64,000 nt of DNA, from contig JBHLNF010000006.1 in the NCBI GenBank assembly GCA_048937405.1, positions 199,819 through 263,818 of the forward strand, in the 5' to 3' direction. The translations under genes were made by a program, and so were the position numbers. The notes below the pieces were generated by a model. That model searched no databases. It was not told where the DNA came from and saw only the letters and a program-made list of their open reading frames with translations. Positions 39,980-49,285 of this stretch are shown here, piece by piece; the first letter of the stretch is position 1; every line of letters begins with the position of its first letter. The stretch is from Promethearchaeota archaeon. Lineage in GTDB: Archaea > Asgardarchaeota > Lokiarchaeia > Sigyniarchaeales > SOKP01.

Positions 39980-41443
39980 TTGAAAATATCTTTAATTTTT
40001 CCAAAACCTCCAGAACAAGCAACATTTTGTGGTACGGTTAAAGAGGCTGAGAACTACAATGAGGAAAAAATTAATTTCTATGGATTTCCCCCTATGGGAA
40101 TTCTTTATCTAGCTACATATCTAAGTGAAAATAATTTTGATGTATCTATATTTGATCAATTCGCTAGAGGAGCTTCATTTGAGAGAACTCTAAATTGGAT
40201 AAAACGCGAGGATCCTGACATTTTGGGATTTTCAACAATAACTACAGCTGGAACAGGGATTACATCCGCAGAAATTGCCAGACGTGTAAAGGAGGAAATA
40301 AACCCAAATGTTAAAATCTTATTTGGAAATTATCATGCAACTTTCAATGATACTAGAATCTTAAATAAGTATCCATTTATTGATGCTTGTGTTAGAGGAG
40401 AAGGAGAAAATACCTTATTGGAAATTGCTGAAAAAACAGAAAAAGGTAAAAACTTTCAAGATATAAGAGGTTTGACATATCGTGATAATGGTAGGATTAT
40501 TAGAAATAACGATAGACCTCTCATAGAGAATATAGATATACTTCCCTTTCCAAATAGGAAATTTTTAGGGAATGTAGAGTATAAGAGTGAAGTGGAGGGG
40601 CTTGATATTTCTCTCGGTAATTTTACAACTGCAGCTTCTTCAAGAGGTTGTGCTTATCAATGCACTTTTTGCTCAAGTTCTATGTTTTGGCATAAATGGC
40701 GTCCAAGATCCCCTAATAATATAGTAGAAGAACTCTCTCTCCTTGAGAGTCAAGGCTATCAAAATTTGTATTGGATTGATGACAACTTTACAATAAATAA
40801 AAAAAGGTTGATGGAACTCTCATATTTAGTGAGAAAAGAAAAAATAGATTTGAATTGGATGGCTGAAGGTAGAGTAACTCAGAGTTCAAAAGAATTATTG
40901 ACTGCAATGAAACATATGGGCTGTAGAATAATAAGTTATGGGATTGAAAGTGGTTCACAGAGAGTTTTAGACTGGTATAAGAAAAATATAACATTAAATC
41001 AAATTTATAACGCATTAGAAAATTCTAAAAAAGTTGGAATGGATGTTGTTTTAGGAAACTTCATAGTAGGTGCGCCAATTGAAACACGCGAGGATATTAT
41101 TCAAACATTCAATTTTGCTATTAAATTAAATATAGATTTTCCGCAATTTCATGTTTTAGGGATAATTCCTGGAAATTGGATTTGGGATCAAATGGTAGAA
41201 GAAAAAAGAATTAATCCTGATGAGTGTTGGGAGGTTGGTACAGCAGTTCTTCCTATTCCTTTGAGTGAGATAATGGCAGGAATAAGATATGCTCATAGGA
41301 AGCTTATGCAGCGACCTCGTTATATATATCGCCAAATATTTAAGTCTTTAAAAAGCAAATATAGATTAAAAGCCGTCCTCTATAATATCAAACATATTGA
41401 TAGGTGGGACGTATGGAATCGCTGGAAACCTTTCTGGGGATAA
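39980..41443 (+). CDS. Cobalamin-binding radical SAM protein (class B-like)
   Basis: PPMGILYLA, GNYHAT, RGEGE, SRGCAYQCTFC, DDNF and GIESGS motifs. Confidence 0.9.
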   Translation: MKISLIFPKPPEQATFCGTVKEAENYNEEKINFYGFPPMGILYLATYLSENNFDVSIFDQFARGASFERTLNWIKREDPDILGFSTITTAGTGITSAEIARRVKEEINPNVKILFGNYHATFNDTRILNKYPFIDACVRGEGENTLLEIAEKTEKGKNFQDIRGLTYRDNGRIIRNNDRPLIENIDILPFPNRKFLGNVEYKSEVEGLDISLGNFTTAASSRGCAYQCTFCSSSMFWHKWRPRSPNNIVEELSLLESQGYQNLYWIDDNFTINKKRLMELSYLVRKEKIDLNWMAEGRVTQSSKELLTAMKHMGCRIISYGIESGSQRVLDWYKKNITLNQIYNALENSKKVGMDVVLGNFIVGAPIETREDIIQTFNFAIKLNIDFPQFHVLGIIPGNWIWDQMVEEKRINPDECWEVGTAVLPIPLSEIMAGIRYAHRKLMQRPRYIYRQIFKSLKSKYRLKAVLYNIKHIDRWDVWNRWKPFWG

Positions 41444-41571
41444 AAGTCTATAAATCACTAAATAAAATTTTCTTATAATAAAATCACTTTAATATAAAAT
41501 AAAAATGTTTATTGATAATCTTTCAATTATTCTTACATAATTTGGTTTTAATCAATTAACCGATTTTCCAT

Positions 41572-42465
41572 TTGGTTTTTGAAATGTTATTAAAAGAAAA
41601 AAATGTGATAATAACCGGCGCAGGGAGAGGTATTGGAAAAGAAATTGCGATAGCCTGCGCTAAAGAGGGAGCTAACGTTGGAATAACCTCCAGAACAATA
41701 AAACAATTAAATAGTACAAAAGAGAAAATAGAAGAATTAGGGCTAGAAGTAAAGGTTGTTGTTAAACCAGCAGACATAACTAAATTTGAGGAAGTTGAGG
41801 AAATATTTAAGGAATTTCATAATGAATTAGGTTTACTGAATGGTGTAATAGCAAACGCTGGTTATTCCAGAATGTGGGCAACTCATGAATTCATTAATGA
41901 AAAATTCGTTGAAATTTTGAATGTTAATGTACTAGGAGTATTTTATACTTTCAAAGCAGCATATCCATATCTGAAAAAAGATGATAAGAAAGATAAAGCA
42001 AGATTTATTATTACTGGTAGCGAAGTATATCCAAATGCCCCATCAAGACTTACTGCTTATGTAGCAAGTAAATATGCTATTGTAGGAATGCAGAAAGCAA
42101 TGGCAGCAGAATATAGGAAAGAAAATGTTAATTTTACAATGATTTTACCTACACAAGTTGATACAAGTCTATTGAGAGGGAAAAATGCTGGAGATGGAAA
42201 CAAACCGGAACATGTTTTAGATCCTTGGGACTTAAATGATTTTTATCTTTTTCTCTTATCTGAATTTGCTAATAAAGTTGATAATGGTTTAATCTTTATG
42301 TATGACTTTCAAGAAGTAAAAAGATTGTTAGCTGAAGCACCTCCAGAAAAGAAAAAGAATTGGGAGGTTTTTGAAGATTACTTTAAGTTAAATGCCCCAA
42401 AAAGTTATGAAAATGTGAAAAATCTCGGAAGTCTTGTTGATTTTATTATTTCTCGTAATCAATAA
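41572..42465 (+). CDS. Short-chain dehydrogenase/reductase
   Basis: TGAGRGIG, ANAG and YVASK motifs. Confidence 0.9.
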   Translation: MVFEMLLKEKNVIITGAGRGIGKEIAIACAKEGANVGITSRTIKQLNSTKEKIEELGLEVKVVVKPADITKFEEVEEIFKEFHNELGLLNGVIANAGYSRMWATHEFINEKFVEILNVNVLGVFYTFKAAYPYLKKDDKKDKARFIITGSEVYPNAPSRLTAYVASKYAIVGMQKAMAAEYRKENVNFTMILPTQVDTSLLRGKNAGDGNKPEHVLDPWDLNDFYLFLLSEFANKVDNGLIFMYDFQEVKRLLAEAPPEKKKNWEVFEDYFKLNAPKSYENVKNLGSLVDFIISRNQ

Positions 42466-42539
42466 TTTCAATATAATGTTTTAAAAACGAAAAAGAAAAA
42501 ATTTTGTAAAAAAGACACTAAATTTTATTAAAAAAGGGA

Positions 42540-42776
42540 TTAAGATAAATTTAAACTTATATTAGTCAATTTTTCCTTTAATTCTTCTGATAGGTTTCCT
42601 AATTTATTTGCTGTAGAGGTGATTTCTTCCATTGAAGTCGTTTGTTGTTCTGTTGAAATACTTATTCCCTCCATAGAAGAGGAAGTTAGTCTTAGGTTTT
42701 CTAAGATTTGTCTAATAAATTCACATAAAAAAATCCCTAAAATAAGAATATATTAAATATTTTTGTTCTTGAGCAT
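42540..42776 (-). pseudogene. Internally deleted methyl-accepting chemotaxis-like gene remnant
   Basis: Hand translation: MLKNKNI*YILILGIFLCEFIRQILENLRLTSSSMEGISISTEQQTTSMEEITSTANKLGNLSEELKEKL...*. The EQQTTSMEEI segment matches the MCP C-terminal methylation helix. Confidence 0.6.
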
Positions 42777-43063
42777 TATTTAGAGCAGAAAATAATTATA
42801 AGATATATTGCCATTTAGTTCGTAGTGATTATTAAATCTTACTTATATTCTTTCCTCTTAATTTAAAGTGATTTAAGTTTTAAGATTTCAAGCTGTAAAA
42901 TTTAAATTTTATTATCAAGTGATCAAATAAATTCAAAATTGGAGGGTGAGATTATTGATATGCCTATTCTAGTGAGTTCTATATCTATTGGTAAAAGTTA
43001 ATAATTGTATTTTATTATCTTTATCGAGTGAAAATATTAATTTAAATCAAAAGATTGATTTTT

Positions 43064-44719
43064 ATGACAGAATTTGATAATATTGAACAAGAGAAGAAAG
43101 AATGGCAAAAACTTTCTAATCTCAAGCAAGAAAGAAAAAAAAGTTTCAAAAATTTATCAGAAATTGAAATTAATAGATTATATACACCCAATGATATAAA
43201 AGAACTTAATTATGCACTTGATTTAGGATTTCCTGGTCAATATCCTTTTACTCGAGGTGCATATCCTAATATGTATAGGGGTCAACTGTGGACAATGCGT
43301 CAATTTGCAGGATTTGGAAACGCAGAACAAACAAATAAAAGATATAAATTTTTGATTAATCATGGAAATACTGGATTAAGTGTAGCTTTCAGTTTACATA
43401 CTATTTATGGCATTGAAGCAACTGATCCGAGAGCTTTAGGAGAGATTGGTAAAGAGGGAGTAGCGATAGATTCATTGAAAGATATGGAAATATTATTTGA
43501 TGGTATTGATCTTTCCAAGATAAGTACCTCAATGACTATTAATGGCCCTGCTTCAATCCTATTAGCATTATATATTGTGACTGCTGAAAAACAAGGTCAT
43601 ACTCCTGAACAATTGAGGGGAACTATTCAAAATGATATTTTAAAAGAATATATTGCTCAAAAATCTTGGATTTTTCCTCCTGAACCATCAATGCGAATCA
43701 TAATTGATACAATAGAATATTGTTCAAAATTTGTCCCTCAATGGTATACGATAAGCATCAGCGGTTATCATATTAGAGAAGCGGGATCTACAGCAGTTCA
43801 AGAACTTGCTTTTACACTAGCTGATGGTTTTGCATATGTTGAGGCTGCACTTGAAAGGGGATTGAATATAGATGATTTTGCACCCCGTTTATCCTTTTTC
43901 TTTAATTCTCATAATAATTTTTTCGAAGAAATCTGTAAGTATCGTGCAGCGAGAAGAATTTGGGCTAGACATATGAAAAATAAATATGGTGCAAAGAAAC
44001 CAGAATCAATGCGATTACGATTTCATACTCAGACTGCAGGTGTGTCATTAACGGCTCAAGAACCTGAGAACAACATAATTCGTGTTACCATACAAGGATT
44101 AGCCGCAGTGATAGGTGGAACGCAATCCCTCCACACTAATTCTTTTGATGAAGCTCTATGTCTTCCTACTGAAAAAGCTGTAAAAATTGCTTTGAGAACA
44201 CAACAAATAATTGCACATGAGTCAGGGGTAACTGATACAGTAGATCCATTAGCAGGATCCTATTATGTAGAATGGCTCACAAATAAGATGGAAGAAGAAG
44301 CAGAAAATTATTTCAGAAGGATTGATGATCTTGGTGGAGTTATCCCTGCAATTAAAGCTAATTTCTTTCAAAAAGAAATTGCTAATGCTTCTTATAAATA
44401 TCAACAAGAAATTGAAAATAGGGAAAGAACAATTGTAGCGGTAAATCAATTCGATCAAAGAGAACCTTGCACTGTTCCTCTCTTAAAAATCGATGAACAA
44501 ATTGCAAAGGAACACATCAGAAAATTGAATGAATTAAAAGAAGAACGAGATAATGATAAAGTAATAGAAAAATTAAATAGGTTAAAAGAAGCAGCTAAAG
44601 GATCTGAAAATTTAATGCCTTTTATTATTGAAGCTGTAAGGGAATATACTTCAATTGGAGAAATTATAAACGCTTTAAAAGAAATATTTGGAACTTATCA
44701 TGAAGATTCAATTTTTTAA
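43064..44719 (+). CDS. icmA: Acyl-CoA mutase large subunit, isobutyryl-CoA-mutase type
   Basis: PGQYPFTRG, WTMRQFAGFG (Phe), QNDILKEYIAQK (Gln), ISISGYHIREAG and HTNSFDE motifs. Confidence 0.8.
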   Translation: MTEFDNIEQEKKEWQKLSNLKQERKKSFKNLSEIEINRLYTPNDIKELNYALDLGFPGQYPFTRGAYPNMYRGQLWTMRQFAGFGNAEQTNKRYKFLINHGNTGLSVAFSLHTIYGIEATDPRALGEIGKEGVAIDSLKDMEILFDGIDLSKISTSMTINGPASILLALYIVTAEKQGHTPEQLRGTIQNDILKEYIAQKSWIFPPEPSMRIIIDTIEYCSKFVPQWYTISISGYHIREAGSTAVQELAFTLADGFAYVEAALERGLNIDDFAPRLSFFFNSHNNFFEEICKYRAARRIWARHMKNKYGAKKPESMRLRFHTQTAGVSLTAQEPENNIIRVTIQGLAAVIGGTQSLHTNSFDEALCLPTEKAVKIALRTQQIIAHESGVTDTVDPLAGSYYVEWLTNKMEEEAENYFRRIDDLGGVIPAIKANFFQKEIANASYKYQQEIENRERTIVAVNQFDQREPCTVPLLKIDEQIAKEHIRKLNELKEERDNDKVIEKLNRLKEAAKGSENLMPFIIEAVREYTSIGEIINALKEIFGTYHEDSIF

Positions 44720-44870
44720 ATTGGTGCTATTAAATTTCGTTACAAGTAAATACAAGGTAATAAATTATACTCTATATTTATTTAATATTTTTCAGGTTAA
44801 GATTTCAAAATTATTTAAAACAATTTAAAAACAAATTATTTTCATGTACAATTTTAAGAATTGAGAATAA

Positions 44871-46106
44871 ATGCCAAAACAACAGATTGAAAGAATTAAA
44901 TTAATTTCCAAATTTTTAGATAAAAACCAAGTGATTAACTTTGATAAATTAAACTCAATTGATGATATTATAAATCTCCCTATTTCTTCATTTAACTTTT
45001 TAAACAATGCCGATACTATTCTTATTTCTGATTTATTTCAAATTAATAGTATAGGTCAATTTATTTCCTTAGATCCAAGTGAACCTTTCAATATTCTATA
45101 TAAAGACAAAAAAAGTAAAAAAAGAATTGAGCACTTATTACAAACTGATTTAGAAATCGAAGATAAAGTAATAAAAGCAGTCACTATAAGTAAAATCATT
45201 TATAAAATAAAAGAAGAATCAATCTCATATTTTAGAAAAGAACAAAAAGTTATTGTTGTTGGTCTAAGTAATGCAGGGAAAACAACAATATTGAAGAAAT
45301 TCGGCGGAGAAATTGGATTAAAAGATTTAGCTAAATTAAAACCAACAAAAGGTGCTGAACGTCAAGAGATAGTAACTACTGATTTAATGTTAATTATTTG
45401 GGATTTTGGGGGTCAAGAAGAATATCGAGAAATGTATATTCAAGACTCACATAGATATTTTTTAAATATAGATTTAATAATTTATGTAATTGATCTTCAA
45501 GATCCACAGAAATACGAAGAAAGTATTGACTATTTCAAAAAAATTATTGCGATTCTTGAAAAATTGGAGGAAAATCCTCATATTTTAATTTTTATTCACA
45601 AATATGATCCTGATTTAAAGGATAATCCAGAAATATTGCTTAATATTGAATTTTTAAAAGATTTAATCAAAGAAACTTTCAAAAATAGGAGAAAATTCGA
45701 TTATGAAATTTATTTAAGTTCAATTTATTCAATATTAGCAAAAGAACCAAAATTTTCAAGATATCTTAAAGAAACTATGGAAAAAACAGCTACGTTAACA
45801 GATTACAAATTAGAAGGTATGTCTTCAGTTTTAGAGTCAACGTTAAATGGAATCATTCGATTATCAGAAGTTGTAATGGGACAATTCAATGAACTTGATA
45901 GGCGGTTAAAAAATCTTGAAGATAAAAAAGAAGACTCCACTGAAATACAAACCTCAATACCTTCTCCAGAATATTCATCACCTCCTAATTTAACTTCACC
46001 TCCAAGCAGTAAGAGATCAACATCAGTGTCACGAAAAGATATTCATAATGCGAAAGGAGCTGTACTTAGAGAATTGAAAGAATTATTAGAAAAAAGGTCA
46101 AAATGA
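44871..46106 (+). CDS. Arf/Rag-like small GTPase with N-terminal extension and C-terminal coiled coil/Pro-Ser tail
   Basis: GLSNAGKTT, KPTKG, WDFGGQ, HKYD and SSIY motifs. Confidence 0.85.
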   Translation: MPKQQIERIKLISKFLDKNQVINFDKLNSIDDIINLPISSFNFLNNADTILISDLFQINSIGQFISLDPSEPFNILYKDKKSKKRIEHLLQTDLEIEDKVIKAVTISKIIYKIKEESISYFRKEQKVIVVGLSNAGKTTILKKFGGEIGLKDLAKLKPTKGAERQEIVTTDLMLIIWDFGGQEEYREMYIQDSHRYFLNIDLIIYVIDLQDPQKYEESIDYFKKIIAILEKLEENPHILIFIHKYDPDLKDNPEILLNIEFLKDLIKETFKNRRKFDYEIYLSSIYSILAKEPKFSRYLKETMEKTATLTDYKLEGMSSVLESTLNGIIRLSEVVMGQFNELDRRLKNLEDKKEDSTEIQTSIPSPEYSSPPNLTSPPSSKRSTSVSRKDIHNAKGAVLRELKELLEKRSK

Positions 46107-46300
46107 ACAAAACATTTCAAACATAACTCAAAAATAAATTGAATTTCTTATTAAAAGAAATTTTCATTATTTTCTATGTTCTAAAAATGACCAAATTAAA
46201 ATAATTAAGAAATTTAGAATAGAAAACATTATTTTTATCTATTGTTTTATACAAATATAAATATTTTAATTTAATATATTGAATACGATGAAAATATAAC

Positions 46301-46702
46301 ATGACTGAAGCAAGAAAGATTAAGGTTTTAGTCTGCAAGCCCGGGCTTAACGGGCATGATAGAGGCGCAAAAGTACTCGCAAGAGCATTAAGAGATGCAG
46401 GAATGGAAGTAATTTATACAGGTATACATCAGACACCAGATGATGTTGTGAATACAGTCATTCAAGAGGATCCTGATGTTGTAATGTTAAGTATGCTATC
46501 TGGCTCTCATAATGCAATATGCCCAATTATTATGGAAAAATTAAAAGAACAGGGAATAGATGATGTTCTAGTTGCTGTAGGTGGAATTATCCCCGATGAG
46601 GATAAATCTTTTTTAGAAAGTCATGGTTTAAAAGGATTTTATGGTCCTGGAACAGATTTGAAAACAATTGTAGACTTTGTTAAAACCAATTTAAAAAGAT
46701 AA
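46301..46702 (+). CDS. Acyl-CoA mutase small (cobalamin-binding) subunit
   Basis: KPGLNGHDRGAK, LSMLSGSH and GGIIP motifs. Confidence 0.9.
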   Translation: MTEARKIKVLVCKPGLNGHDRGAKVLARALRDAGMEVIYTGIHQTPDDVVNTVIQEDPDVVMLSMLSGSHNAICPIIMEKLKEQGIDDVLVAVGGIIPDEDKSFLESHGLKGFYGPGTDLKTIVDFVKTNLKR

Positions 46703-46709
46703 TAACAGG

Positions 46710-47705
46710 ATGACACATTCTAATCTTATTTCTCAATTATTAGAAGGAAAACCTCGAGCTGCAGCACGTTTAATTACTTTTGTAGAAAATGATATAGTAG
46801 CTTCTGAAGAAATTATAAATTCTATTTATGAACATACAGGTAATGCTTATATTCTTGGTGTTACAGGAGCACCAGGAACAGGTAAATCTACATTTATCTC
46901 AACATTAACAAAAATCTATGTTGAACAAGGAAAAAAAGTTGGTATCATCTGTGTTGATCCTACTTCACCTTTAACTGGTGGTGCTCTTTTAGGAGATAGA
47001 ATTCGAATGAAACAAAATTTTTCACTTAATAATGTTTTCATTCGAAGCATGGCAAATAGAGGACAGTTAGGAGGTCTTGCAAGGGCTACAGAAGATGTAA
47101 TTAAAATCTTGGATGTTTATGGTTGTGATATTATAATCGTCGAGACGGTAGGTGTTGGTCAATCAGAGGTAGATATATTCAAGTCAGCTCAAACTGTAAT
47201 TGTTCTACTTGTACCAGGATTGGGAGATGATATTCAAGCTGTTAAAGCTGGTATTATGGAAGTTGTTGATTTATTTATTATAAATAAAATGGATTTTCCA
47301 GGAGCGGATAAAAAAGTAGCAGAAATAAAGCAAATGTTAGAATTTAGGAACAATTATAAATATGATTCAAAGGAACTAAGTGAAAAATATGCTAAAATAG
47401 AGCTATGGACTCCAAAAATTACTAAAGTAAACTCAAAATCGGGAGAAAATTTTAATGAACTTCTTGAATTAATAAAAGAGCATGAAGTTTTTTTGAAAGA
47501 ATCTGGAGTTATAGCAAATTATATGAAAAATAGGATTACAAATGAAACTCTTCAAATTTTAAAATTTAAATTAACAAAGAAAGTGGAGGAATTGCTAAAT
47601 TCTGACAAAGAAATAGGGCAATATATTAATCAAGCTATTCAAAAATCATTAGATCCTTATTCAATGGCAAATCTAATAATTAAAAACTTAGGACTTGAAA
47701 AATAA
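46710..47705 (+). CDS. meaB: MeaB/ArgK GTPase chaperone of B12 mutase
   Basis: GAPGTGKST, VDPTSPLTGGALLGDRIRM, ETVGVGQSE and NKMD motifs. Confidence 0.93.
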   Translation: MTHSNLISQLLEGKPRAAARLITFVENDIVASEEIINSIYEHTGNAYILGVTGAPGTGKSTFISTLTKIYVEQGKKVGIICVDPTSPLTGGALLGDRIRMKQNFSLNNVFIRSMANRGQLGGLARATEDVIKILDVYGCDIIIVETVGVGQSEVDIFKSAQTVIVLLVPGLGDDIQAVKAGIMEVVDLFIINKMDFPGADKKVAEIKQMLEFRNNYKYDSKELSEKYAKIELWTPKITKVNSKSGENFNELLELIKEHEVFLKESGVIANYMKNRITNETLQILKFKLTKKVEELLNSDKEIGQYINQAIQKSLDPYSMANLIIKNLGLEK

Positions 47706-47767
47706 TAGTGTTAATTATTTTTAAACTAAAATTCTACTTTCTTTATATTAGTTTAGTTAAAACTGAT

Positions 47768-48019
47768 TTACTTTTTCTTAGGGTTAACCCATTCAGAATA
47801 TATTTCAATAATAGTTAGAGATTTTGTTCGTTGGCATTTTTCGCATTTCTCCTCACTCAACTTCTTAAAGACAAAATCTCCAGGTTTAAATTCTCTTGAA
47901 AAATCCTCTCTACATTTTTCACATTTTATTACACTATACTTTCTTTCTACAAAGCTTTTCTTTCGATCCCAGTCATCAGTAATACTAGGGAGGGGAGGAA
48001 GTTGTGGTTCTTCAGCCAT
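47768..48019 (-). CDS. Small archaeal zinc-ribbon protein
   Basis: CEKC...REFKPGDFVFK...CEKC...IIEIY. ATG 48019 is preferred. Confidence 0.7.
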   Translation of the reverse strand: MAEEPQLPPLPSITDDWDRKKSFVERKYSVIKCEKCREDFSREFKPGDFVFKKLSEEKCEKCQRTKSLTIIEIYSEWVNPKKK

Positions 48020-48240
48020 TTTTAAATTCAACTCTAAGATAATATGTGATAGTTCTCAACTTTTTAATTATCGATCTTATGATATATAAAAAATCAAACC
48101 TATTAATCTTTTAGTTTATTTCTGATAAAAGTCAAATAAAGTTAAAAGAAAAACTGGTTTTAAAAGAAAAATCTATTGAGAGATTATACCAAATATAAAT
48201 TCATAAAATTAGTTAAAAAAATTTTGAAAAGTAGATAATT

Positions 48241-49044
48241 TTAATTCATTTCATCTTTTTTCTGTTGTTTCTTTTGCTTCTTCTCTTTATTTTTTACTTC
48301 TTTAATCTCTTTTTCTTTAATTACATCTTCGTCAGCTTTACTTTCTTCATTTGTTGGCTTTTCTTCAGGTTCGGGTTCAGGAGGTTTGGGTTTTCGTGAA
48401 ATTATCACTTTTGCATAACGGATAACCTCTTTACCATATTTGAAACCATCTTGGACAATCTCTAATATACTATTTTCAGGTACATCCTCTTTTTCAACTG
48501 TGGTTAATGCTTCGTGAAAATTATAATCAAATTTATCATTCACACTTACTTGTATAGGTTCAGCTCCATATGATTTGAAAATGTTCATAAATTGATTATA
48601 GAAACTGGTCAATACATCATTTTCTTTATCATTAGAGTGATCAATAGCCTTTTTAAAGGAATCATATAAAGGCAGGAAGCTTTTTAATACCGAAGCAGTA
48701 TATTCAATTCTTATATTTAGTCGGTTCTTATCCCATCTTTTTTGAGCATTTTCAAATTCAGCTTGCAGATGCATAAATTTCTTTTTAGATTCACCATTTT
48801 CTTTTTTTAATTTCTCACTATTTTCTTTTAATTCTTCTAATTGTTTTTCAAGTTTTTCCTTTTCTTTAACTAAATCTTCTTTGGAAAAAAAATCTAATTC
48901 ATAATGCTCCTTTTCTTCTAATTTTTTTACCTCTTCAGTTTCTCTTGTTTCTTTCATATTTTCTTGTTCTTCTGTTGATTTATTTTCAGAAGTTACATTT
49001 TGATCAACGCCTTCCTTTAAATCATTGTTATTACTTTCTTCCAT
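48241..49044 (-). CDS. grpE: Nucleotide exchange factor GrpE
   Basis: QAEFENAQKR, FLPLYDSF, FDYNFHEA and QDGFKYGKEVIRYAKV motifs. Confidence 0.92.
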   Translation of the reverse strand: MEESNNNDLKEGVDQNVTSENKSTEEQENMKETRETEEVKKLEEKEHYELDFFSKEDLVKEKEKLEKQLEELKENSEKLKKENGESKKKFMHLQAEFENAQKRWDKNRLNIRIEYTASVLKSFLPLYDSFKKAIDHSNDKENDVLTSFYNQFMNIFKSYGAEPIQVSVNDKFDYNFHEALTTVEKEDVPENSILEIVQDGFKYGKEVIRYAKVIISRKPKPPEPEPEEKPTNEESKADEDVIKEKEIKEVKNKEKKQKKQQKKDEMN

Positions 49045-49285
49045 CTTAGTTACCTCTTAATTCATTATTAAATATGATGATTTGAAACTATATGTTTTAA
49101 AATCGGTAAACTTTTTTTAATTTTATGACTTAGAGATCTTTATAAACAAAATTTATTATTGTATTTAAATTACCTAATAATAGTAATTTTACAATTTAAA
49201 ATAATTAAATTATTATATTCTAGAAAATCAATCAAAATTAATAGTATAAATACAAATAAATCTAAGAAAAGAAGATGAGATTACC

